Shown here in pieces: positions 55,502 to 64,000 of a stretch of 64,000 nucleotides of DNA. Location: positions 4,449 to 68,448 of the forward strand of contig JAEEQS010000008.1 of NCBI GenBank assembly GCA_016285455.1, in the 5' to 3' direction. Source of the stretch: Bacteroidales bacterium (lineage in GTDB: Bacteria; Bacteroidota; Bacteroidia; Bacteroidales; UBA932). The position numbers and the translations under genes are program-made. The notes beneath the pieces are model-generated. The model saw only the letters and a list, made by a program, of their open reading frames with translations, was not told where the DNA came from and ran no database searches. Numbering within the stretch: position 1 is the first letter of the stretch; the number at the start of each line of letters is the position of its first letter.

Positions 55502-56386
55502 ATGAGAAGATTATTGTTGATTGCGGTTTTGGGCTTGCTGACCGGTGGTTGCAGCCAGCGGACGTTTTCGTTTGTGCAGATGAGTGATCCGCAGATAGGT
55601 TTCAGAGACAAATCCCCAGGATATGAGCATACTGATTCTTTGTTTGCAGAGGCCGTGAGAAAGGTGAATTCTTCTGAGTATCATGGATATATATCTAAGA
55701 ACTGTGCACCCAGCGCAGATTTCGTAATCATTACCGGGGATCTGGTAAACGACCAAAGGGATGCGCTCCAGGATTCCATCTATCGGGCAAACCGTGCAAA
55801 GATAGAAGTACCAGTGTATGAGATTCCAGGCAATCACGATATCCGGCCGTGGACACCGGAGAATCACTCCAACTATCTTGTGCTGAGGGGTTATGACCGC
55901 TTCTCGTTCAAACATAAAGGATGTGCGTTCATAGGCATAGACTCCAACTGCATCGTGGACAGTTCCGAAGAGGACCGCGGAGGAGACGTAAAGATTTTAC
56001 CGTCCGATAAAGCTGCTGCTGCACAGGCAGAAGCAGAGCAGCTGGAATGGCTTAAGGAGGAACTTCGTAAGGCTCGGCGATGCCGGTACACTTTTGTATT
56101 TCTGCACTGTCCGGTAATCCTCAAGGACATCGATGAGGAAAACAATTACTTCAATTTCCCAAAGAAAAAGAGAGCAGAGTATATAACTCTGTTCAAGGAG
56201 TATGGGGTGGATGTGGTGTTCGCCGGACATACGCACATGGATAACTCTACCGCTAAAGGGACAGTGGCTGAAGGCATCCGGTTTGTGATTGCCGGTCCGG
56301 TGGGCAGTCCTCTCGGATTAGGGTATTCCGGCTTTGAGGTGGTAACGGTATCCAAGGATGGTATAGATTGCAGCTACACAGATTAG
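55502..56386 (+). CDS. Calcineurin-like metallophosphoesterase, lipoprotein
   Basis: It has a lipobox (LLTGGCS) and the motifs ITGDLVND, IPGNHD and FAGHTHMD. Confidence 0.85.
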   Translation: MRRLLLIAVLGLLTGGCSQRTFSFVQMSDPQIGFRDKSPGYEHTDSLFAEAVRKVNSSEYHGYISKNCAPSADFVIITGDLVNDQRDALQDSIYRANRAKIEVPVYEIPGNHDIRPWTPENHSNYLVLRGYDRFSFKHKGCAFIGIDSNCIVDSSEEDRGGDVKILPSDKAAAAQAEAEQLEWLKEELRKARRCRYTFVFLHCPVILKDIDEENNYFNFPKKKRAEYITLFKEYGVDVVFAGHTHMDNSTAKGTVAEGIRFVIAGPVGSPLGLGYSGFEVVTVSKDGIDCSYTD

Positions 56387-56457
56387 TTTATCCAGGACAT
56401 TCTTTTTGGGGGTTTGGCGGGAATTGAGTATATTCGCCAAATTATTGTATTCGGTAA

Positions 56458-57963
<1,506 letters not shown>

Positions 57964-58008
57964 ACTTGTCGCTGAGAAAAAAGAAAAAAGTTGAAAAAAT
58001 TATAACAG

Positions 58009-59379
58009 ATGTTCCTTAGAAGATTTTCTGCAGTTACTGCAGCTATTCTGGCGCTGACGCTTTCTACGGCTAATGCCCAGGTTTACAAGAACGGACTTAT
58101 AGACAAGACGGTTGCCCTGATTGGCAACGAATCAATATTGCTTTCCCAGCTGGAGGAGCAGGTTCAGCTTATGCTGGCAAACGGAGAAGCTCCAACGGAT
58201 GAGAAGAAGATGAGGTGCAAGATATTGGAACAGACTCTCCAGCAGAAGCTTTTCCTAAATCAGGCCAAGCTGGACTCCCTGACCATTTCATCTGATATGG
58301 TGGAGGCCGAGCTTCAGAGCAGGGTTGACAATGTCCTCTACCGAATGGGCGGACAGGAAAATGCGGAGGCTTATTTCAAGAAGCCGATGTTCCGCCTTAA
58401 GGAAGACTGGAGGTCTATTCTCGGCGAACAGAACCTTATTCAGCAGGAACAGAGGCAGATTGTCTCAGGAGTTTCTCAGCTGACCCCTAGCGAGGTGCGC
58501 CGTTTCTACAAGAGAGTGGACAAAGACTCTCTTCCGGTTATTTCCACCCAATATCGCATCAGCCATATAGTTCTCTATCCGAGCAAGGAAGATGCTATTA
58601 TGGAAGTTAAGGAAAAACTCCTGGAGTTCCGTCAGAGAGTCATCAACGGAGAGAGATTCTCCTCACTTGCAGCTCTTTACTCAGATGACAAGGAAACGGC
58701 TATAAGAGGCGGCGAGCTTGGACTTGCACCTAAGGCATTGTTCTGGCCGGCATTCTCAGATGCTGCCGTGAGCCTGAAGGCAGGGCAGATTTCCCAGATT
58801 GTTGAAACTCCGGACGGCTTCCACCTGATTCAGATGATTGAGAAGAACGGAGATATGTTCAACGCCCGCCACATCCTTCTCAAGCCAAAATACACCGATG
58901 CCGAAAAGCAAAGATGCTTTACCCGCCTGGACAGCATCCGCAATGCCATTCTCATAGACAGCACCACGTTTGAAAAGGCAGCCAGACTGTACTCCCAGGA
59001 TCCTAAATCCTATCTGAACGGAGGCCAGATGGTAGACGAGAATACAGGAAGCACCTACTTTGAGAAAGATATGCTCAAGCCTAGCGACTATGCTGTGCTA
59101 AAAGACATGAAGAATGGAGAGATATCCGCTCCGTTTGAAAGCCAGGACAACGAGGGTAGGGGACAGACCATCTTCAAGATTATCCGCCTAGAAGAAGTCA
59201 TACCGTCACACACAGCTAACGTAGACCAGGATTTCCTTGTCATTCAGAACTTTGCCCAGGGCATCAAACAGCAGGAAGCTCTCAAGAAATTCATTGAAGA
59301 AAAGCAGAAAACCACTTTCATCCGCATAGACGAAATGTTCAAAGACTGCCCGTTTGAGAGCAAAGGCTGGGTGAAATAA
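58009..59379 (+). CDS. SurA-like periplasmic peptidyl-prolyl isomerase (parvulin type)
   Basis: It has a signal peptide, a SurA N-terminal chaperone-like region and two parvulin-like segments (ISHIVLYP..., ARHILLKP...GGQM). Confidence 0.8.
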   Translation: MFLRRFSAVTAAILALTLSTANAQVYKNGLIDKTVALIGNESILLSQLEEQVQLMLANGEAPTDEKKMRCKILEQTLQQKLFLNQAKLDSLTISSDMVEAELQSRVDNVLYRMGGQENAEAYFKKPMFRLKEDWRSILGEQNLIQQEQRQIVSGVSQLTPSEVRRFYKRVDKDSLPVISTQYRISHIVLYPSKEDAIMEVKEKLLEFRQRVINGERFSSLAALYSDDKETAIRGGELGLAPKALFWPAFSDAAVSLKAGQISQIVETPDGFHLIQMIEKNGDMFNARHILLKPKYTDAEKQRCFTRLDSIRNAILIDSTTFEKAARLYSQDPKSYLNGGQMVDENTGSTYFEKDMLKPSDYAVLKDMKNGEISAPFESQDNEGRGQTIFKIIRLEEVIPSHTANVDQDFLVIQNFAQGIKQQEALKKFIEEKQKTTFIRIDEMFKDCPFESKGWVK

Positions 59380-59385
59380 TCTGAT

Positions 59386-61620
59386 ATGTTTTCAGGAAAA
59401 GCCATACGCAAAAAAAGCCGCTCTGCATTTCTCAGTGGAAGTGCCTTGGCTCTGCTTTTCCTGTGCTTTTTCTCAGCGATAGCCAGCGCCCAGGATTTTG
59501 GCCAGGATCGCGACAGCCTTGTACGCCTTATTTCCGCCAAGTCTATCAAGCTCACCGAGATAGGGGGCGCTCCGTTCAGGATTGTGAACGGCCCCGCCCG
59601 CTTTATGCACAACAACGCTTACCTGTACTGCGACAGCGCAGCCTGGGACGTGAACGCCAACGTCATAGACGCAATGGGGCACGTGAAGATAGAGCAGCAG
59701 GACACATATCTGGTCAGCGAGTTTGCCACCTATCTGGCAGACGAAAACGTGGTGCAGTTCCGCGGCACGGAAGTCAGGCTTTACAACAAGAAAGGAGACC
59801 AGCTCAAGACGCAGTTCCTAGACTACAACACGGCAGACAGCGTAGCCACCTTCTACAACGGCGGTGCAATGCGTTCCGCCAAAGGAGACATTTTGGAAGG
59901 CCTTGAAGGAATGTACGATACGGCAGACAGGCTCTTTATGTTCAACGATGATGTCAGTATGTATTCGGATTCCGTCTTCCTCAAGTCCGATATGGTGGAA
60001 TACCATTCAAACCAGGAAGTGGCGATATTCGGTGAGCAGACCGTGGCCTGGAAGGGGAGAGACACTCTCTTCTCCAACAATATGGAATACAACACCAAGA
60101 GCAAAACCTTGGTTCTGAAGACAGATAACTACATAGCCACCCAGGACCAGGAACTCTGGGCCGGATGGATAGACTACCACCGCGAATCAGGAAATGCGGA
60201 ACTCTACGATAACGTTCAGGTCAGAGACCAGGCTCAAAGTGCCATAATTATGGGAGACAAGGGCGTATATGTTCAGAAGCCATTGCTCCTGTATATGACG
60301 GAAAACGCCGCCGCCGGAATGTATTCAGAGGAGAAAACCGGAATAGACTCTCTGAGCGGCCTTCCTATCTACAAGAGAGACACTCTGTTTATCTCTGGAG
60401 ATACCCTTAAGATGTGGCAGGTTCCTATGCATCAGGTAGATAGCGCTGAGGTTGCCTGGGCCCACGAGCGCAGAAAACTGGCGGATACGGATCCTATGGA
60501 TGAAATCAACCGCCAGAACAAAGCCTGGCTGGACTCCTACAAGCGCAACAAGGAACTCTTGGATCATCCTCTTCCGCCAGCTCCGCCAAAGCCTAAGGAA
60601 ACTCCAAAGCCAGAAGAGCAGACTCCTGACGGCCCTCCTGAGATGCAGATGGATCCTCGAGGCAAGATTCCAATGCCAACGGATTCCTTATCCGCAAAGG
60701 CCGGGCTTGACTCCCTTGCTGCAGCAGATTCGCTGAGCATAGCAAAAGACAGCATTGTTCCCCTGGACACCACGGCCGTTACTTTCCTGAGCGTCTTCCA
60801 TAACGTCAAGATTTTCAGAAGCGACCTCAGGGGCCGCTGCGACTCGCTGATTTACACGTCTATAGATAGCATTGCCCGTTTCTATCGCGACCCTGTGCTC
60901 TGGAACGAGGAAAAGACGCAGTTCACTGCAGACAGCATCCAGCTTTCCATCCGCAACAATGAAATCTACAAGGCCAACCTTATAGAAAATGCCTTTATAA
61001 TTTCCCAGGAAGACTCCATCCATTTCCACCAGATCAAGAGTACGGAGATGGTGGCATATTTCAAAGACAACGATGTTTACCGCTTTGATGCCCTTGGCGG
61101 AGTTCAGGCAATGATTTTCCTGGCAGAAAAAGACAGCGTCATAACCCTTATGAACCAGAAGGAATGCCGCCTTATGACCGCCAAGATTGTTAACCAGGAT
61201 ATAGAGCGTGTCCGTTACATAGAAAGTGTCAAGAGCGATGTCTATCCTACCTACAAGTTGGAAGAGGAGAAGATGAGGCTGAGAGATTTCAAGTGGAGGA
61301 AAGACCAGCTGATCACTTCCCGTAACGAGCTTACCACCCGCAAGGTTCATCCTACCGCAAGAGGATCGCTGAGAAAGAAACTTTTCCCCAACTACTTCCA
61401 TACCAGAGATTTCTTCCCTGAGTCCTATAAGCTGATACGCTCCGTCCACGATTCCGTAACCCAGAAGATCAGGCAAGAAGACCGCGAACGCCAGGCCAGG
61501 GAAAAGCAAAAGGAAATGCAGAGCAAAGAGCAGGAACTTGAAAACGACGCAGCCCATCGCCAGGCCATAGACGAGGAAAAGTCAGACGGCCCAGTGATGA
61601 TCTACAAGGATCTTAAATAA
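59386..61620 (+). CDS. Large secreted protein with OstA/LptA-like beta-jellyroll repeats, a Pro-rich linker and a charged C-terminal coil (hypothetical)
   Basis: It has a signal peptide. Repeated segments of the type AD.a.y.....v.f.GnV resemble OstA-like domains. The assignment is tentative. Confidence 0.4.
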   Translation: MFSGKAIRKKSRSAFLSGSALALLFLCFFSAIASAQDFGQDRDSLVRLISAKSIKLTEIGGAPFRIVNGPARFMHNNAYLYCDSAAWDVNANVIDAMGHVKIEQQDTYLVSEFATYLADENVVQFRGTEVRLYNKKGDQLKTQFLDYNTADSVATFYNGGAMRSAKGDILEGLEGMYDTADRLFMFNDDVSMYSDSVFLKSDMVEYHSNQEVAIFGEQTVAWKGRDTLFSNNMEYNTKSKTLVLKTDNYIATQDQELWAGWIDYHRESGNAELYDNVQVRDQAQSAIIMGDKGVYVQKPLLLYMTENAAAGMYSEEKTGIDSLSGLPIYKRDTLFISGDTLKMWQVPMHQVDSAEVAWAHERRKLADTDPMDEINRQNKAWLDSYKRNKELLDHPLPPAPPKPKETPKPEEQTPDGPPEMQMDPRGKIPMPTDSLSAKAGLDSLAAADSLSIAKDSIVPLDTTAVTFLSVFHNVKIFRSDLRGRCDSLIYTSIDSIARFYRDPVLWNEEKTQFTADSIQLSIRNNEIYKANLIENAFIISQEDSIHFHQIKSTEMVAYFKDNDVYRFDALGGVQAMIFLAEKDSVITLMNQKECRLMTAKIVNQDIERVRYIESVKSDVYPTYKLEEEKMRLRDFKWRKDQLITSRNELTTRKVHPTARGSLRKKLFPNYFHTRDFFPESYKLIRSVHDSVTQKIRQEDRERQAREKQKEMQSKEQELENDAAHRQAIDEEKSDGPVMIYKDLK

Positions 61621-61642
61621 TTCAGAAAATAAGCTTAATCAA

Positions 61643-62509
61643 ATGGCTACATATAAAAGATCATCTTTCTTCATTTACGCCGCAGCCCTGCTGTTGTCTT
61701 TTGTAATAAACGCTCCTGATCTGACTGCCCAGAACAAAAAGATGAACCCGTTCAAAGACAAGGAAGTAAAGCAATATGTTAAAGATAGCCTCCAGACTCT
61801 GATTGCCCGTTGCGAGGTTGTTCTCAAGGCTGCCTATATGAAAGGGGAATACGTAACCACTCATTACGACGTTCCCGGCTGGGAAGGCTATCCTGTTGAG
61901 GAATACACATACTATACAGGAAAAGACATTAAGACCGGACGTCCCAAGAAAGGCCGTGTATATCTTCTGATGCCAACGGCCGAGCAGCTTGCATACTGGA
62001 CCATTTCCGCCTGCTGGAAGACTGTCCACAGCCTGGACTACCAGTACACCAACACCCTCCTGAGATTTATCCGCTGGCAGAGCGGCGCCCAGTTTGCCGT
62101 AAGGGGAGTGGTCTATGAGGATATGTACACTGCAGGATACTACGAGCCTTATGTTTTCAAAGATGGCATAACTGTTTATGTGGCAGATCCTAAGATGAAA
62201 GCAGGAGACGACCAGCTTGCCGAGTGCACAGAGGAGCAGCTCCAGTTTTATCTGGATCTCAGCGACAAGGACCTGAAGCCTTATACCGGCTCCTTTGCCC
62301 GCATCTGCTCCACCACCAGGGAAATGTACTACAGCTGGGGCGGCACCACAGATGTTGGAGTAAGTTCCTTCCGTGAAGGACGCAGCCTTAACTTCCTTCC
62401 TGTCATCCGTGAGCTTTACAAAAAGGCCCTCAAGAGCAAAGACAACGAGCTCATCGATGCCTGGTGCAATGTCAACCTCAAAGATTATCCATATAAAGGA
62501 AGAGACTAG
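61643..62509 (+). CDS. Hypothetical secreted protein
   Basis: It has a signal peptide (IYAAALLLSFVINAPDLTAQ) and coding-like composition. The mirror ORF on the minus strand is judged a shadow. Confidence 0.55.
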   Translation: MATYKRSSFFIYAAALLLSFVINAPDLTAQNKKMNPFKDKEVKQYVKDSLQTLIARCEVVLKAAYMKGEYVTTHYDVPGWEGYPVEEYTYYTGKDIKTGRPKKGRVYLLMPTAEQLAYWTISACWKTVHSLDYQYTNTLLRFIRWQSGAQFAVRGVVYEDMYTAGYYEPYVFKDGITVYVADPKMKAGDDQLAECTEEQLQFYLDLSDKDLKPYTGSFARICSTTREMYYSWGGTTDVGVSSFREGRSLNFLPVIRELYKKALKSKDNELIDAWCNVNLKDYPYKGRD

Positions 62510-62533
62510 CCAAACCAGAAATACCGCCACAGA

Positions 62534-63034
62534 ATGCTTAACGTTACAATCATAACCATCGCGATCTTCCTGGGAATCATAGGAATCATCGGCTGTGTTC
62601 TGCCGGTTATCCCGGGCCCTCCTATTTCCTGGGCGGGAATGATGGTTCTCTACTTCTGGGGCAGCGGCACCAACTCTTCGGGTGATCCTATGAGCACTCG
62701 CCTTCTGATCATCTGGCTTGTCATAACCATCGCGGTGACCATTCTGGACTATCTCGTTCCTTCATACCTTACCAAGAAATCCGGCGGCAGCACATACGCC
62801 TCCAGGGGCGCTCTGGCCGGACTTTTCATAGGCCTGATCTTCTTTCCGCCGTTCGGAATAGTCATCGGCCCTATGGCAGGAGCCTTCCTCTGCGAGATTA
62901 TCTTTGGCAAGAAAACCGCCGGCCAATCCATAGTTCCCGCTCTGGGCGCCTTTGCCGGCTTTATCTGCGGCACCGGCCTTAAGCTTATCGCCTCCGGTAT
63001 GATGATGTACTACATCTTTGTCTATATTCGCTAA
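62534..63034 (+). CDS. DUF456-like small integral membrane protein
   Basis: It has four to five TM helices. The N-terminal VLPVIPGPPISW pattern is as I recall for DUF456. Confidence 0.5.
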   Translation: MLNVTIITIAIFLGIIGIIGCVLPVIPGPPISWAGMMVLYFWGSGTNSSGDPMSTRLLIIWLVITIAVTILDYLVPSYLTKKSGGSTYASRGALAGLFIGLIFFPPFGIVIGPMAGAFLCEIIFGKKTAGQSIVPALGAFAGFICGTGLKLIASGMMMYYIFVYIR

Positions 63035-63112
63035 AAGCCAGCCTTCTTCCCAAAATTTCACTTTTTTCGCCTTTTGCTACGCAAAAACTTGCGGATTGTC
63101 AATATTATTTCG

Positions 63113-63120
63113 TACATTTG
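63113..63120 (+). promoter_or_regulatory. Candidate -7 box TACATTTG for the second small-ORF/lipoprotein cassette
   Basis: It matches TAnnTTTG and lies 74 nt upstream of the ATG at 63195. Confidence 0.35.
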
Positions 63121-63194
63121 GAAGAATTATGGCGTATTGTCTTTACAGGGCAATTATGTCTAGCAGCAAATATTTAGTGTAAAAATATAAATTT

Positions 63195-63335
63195 ATGTCC
63201 ATGAAGTTCTTAACCAAAAAAGAAGAGTATCTCGCCCCGTACTGCGAGATCGAATCTATTGAAACAGAAGATTTCATTGCGGCTTCTCCAGATAACACTG
63301 AAACCCCAGATGATGACGGAGAGTTAGATTTCTAA
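63195..63335 (+). CDS. Small acidic ORF, 46 aa (MSMKFLTKKEEYLAPYCEIESIETEDFIAASPDNTETPDDDGELDF)
   Basis: This is a hand translation; the ORF is below the track cutoff. The stop lies 11 nt before the lipoprotein ATG at 63347. It shares its motif and architecture with the ORF at 47288-47443. Confidence 0.45.
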   Translation: MSMKFLTKKEEYLAPYCEIESIETEDFIAASPDNTETPDDDGELDF

Positions 63336-63346
63336 AAACATCAGTT

Positions 63347-64000
63347 ATGAAAAAGTTATTCAAATCAGTTTTTGCCCTTGCTATTATGGGGCTTGCTCTT
63401 GTTTCTTGCAACAAGGCTGATGAGGCAATTCCTCAGGATCCCGAAAAAGGATACGTTTATACTTTTTCTGTAGTTGATGATTATGCTCCAACCAAGGCAA
63501 CACTCGGAACAAACGGTGTAGGTTGGGAAAGCGGTGATAGGGTTGGTCTCTTTACACCAAACAGTCACGGCTATGCATCAATAGATGTCTCCAAGACTCC
63601 TAAGGAAGTAATCCTTTACAGCAAAGAGATTATTCCTGCTGGAAGCAAGGCCTATGCTTATTATCCTTATTCATCAGACAACACGAAAGATGACGATGAG
63701 GCAGCAAAAATTGTCTTCCTTGATGTTCAGCAAGGCACCAGTGTTTCCGCTATGCCAATGGCCGGTATTCCTTTCACTGTTGAGACTGAGGTTGCAGCCA
63801 AGACCAATCAGAATGGAGTTATCAAGTTCTTGAACCTTGGTTCTATAATTGAGTTCAACGTCTTCTCATCAAAGGCTGAATATCAGACAGAAACAGTTAA
63901 ATCTATTCTCGTTAAAACAACAGGTGACGACTATGTATCCGGAAATACTTATCTCGACCTAACCCAAGTTGACGCGTCAGACGAATCTTCTCTTTCTGTA
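63347..64000 (+). CDS. Fimbrillin-like lipoprotein (3-prime partial, runs off window; absent from ORF track)
   Basis: The frame is open from the ATG at 63347 to base 64000 (218 codons, no stop). It has a lipobox (LALVSCNK). The pattern YTFSVVDDYAPTKATLGTNGVGWESGDRVGLF resembles Mfa/fimbrillin-like N-terminal domains. Confidence 0.65.
   Translation, partial: MKKLFKSVFALAIMGLALVSCNKADEAIPQDPEKGYVYTFSVVDDYAPTKATLGTNGVGWESGDRVGLFTPNSHGYASIDVSKTPKEVILYSKEIIPAGSKAYAYYPYSSDNTKDDDEAAKIVFLDVQQGTSVSAMPMAGIPFTVETEVAAKTNQNGVIKFLNLGSIIEFNVFSSKAEYQTETVKSILVKTTGDDYVSGNTYLDLTQVDASDESSLSV

Overview
This 64 kb window looks like a chromosomal segment of a Bacteroidota (Bacteroidales-like) genome. It is about 50% GC and densely coding. 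Supporting signs are many lipoprotein and Sec signal N-termini, the TAnnTTTG -7 promoter box upstream of several genes, and no obvious Shine-Dalgarno dependence. Most of it is core housekeeping. It holds the 3-prime end of the ribosomal spc/alpha cluster (secY-map-infA-rpmJ-rpsM-rpsK-rpsD-rpoA-rplQ), queG, tgt, fmt, alaS, dnaB, a complete rseC-rnfBCDGEA operon, glyA, pnp, rpsO and guaB. It also holds two LptF/LptG-family permeases, a SurA-like PPIase and a YkfABC-like murein-peptide recycling trio. I found no rRNA, tRNA, CRISPR array, transposase, integrase or recognisable defence system. Accessory-looking content is limited. (1) Two unlinked cassettes each pair a short acidic ORF (46-51 aa, below the ORF-track cutoff, sharing a YLAP...[GA]SP motif) with a fimbrillin-like lipoprotein gene directly downstream. 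This is the most novel-looking signal here. (2) A ~2.6 kb low-GC (~33%) islet encodes a C10 (streptopain-like) cysteine protease lipoprotein and an EF-hand/LRR lipoprotein. (3) There is a tandem pair of esterase paralogs. (4) There is an orphan HicB-like/HTH gene with an upstream palindrome. (5) There is a single low-GC beta-barrel gene. Several ORF-track entries carry false 5-prime extensions from TTG/GTG or upstream ATG codons, and I trimmed those. All functional calls rest on motif-level recognition of the translations. No database search was run.
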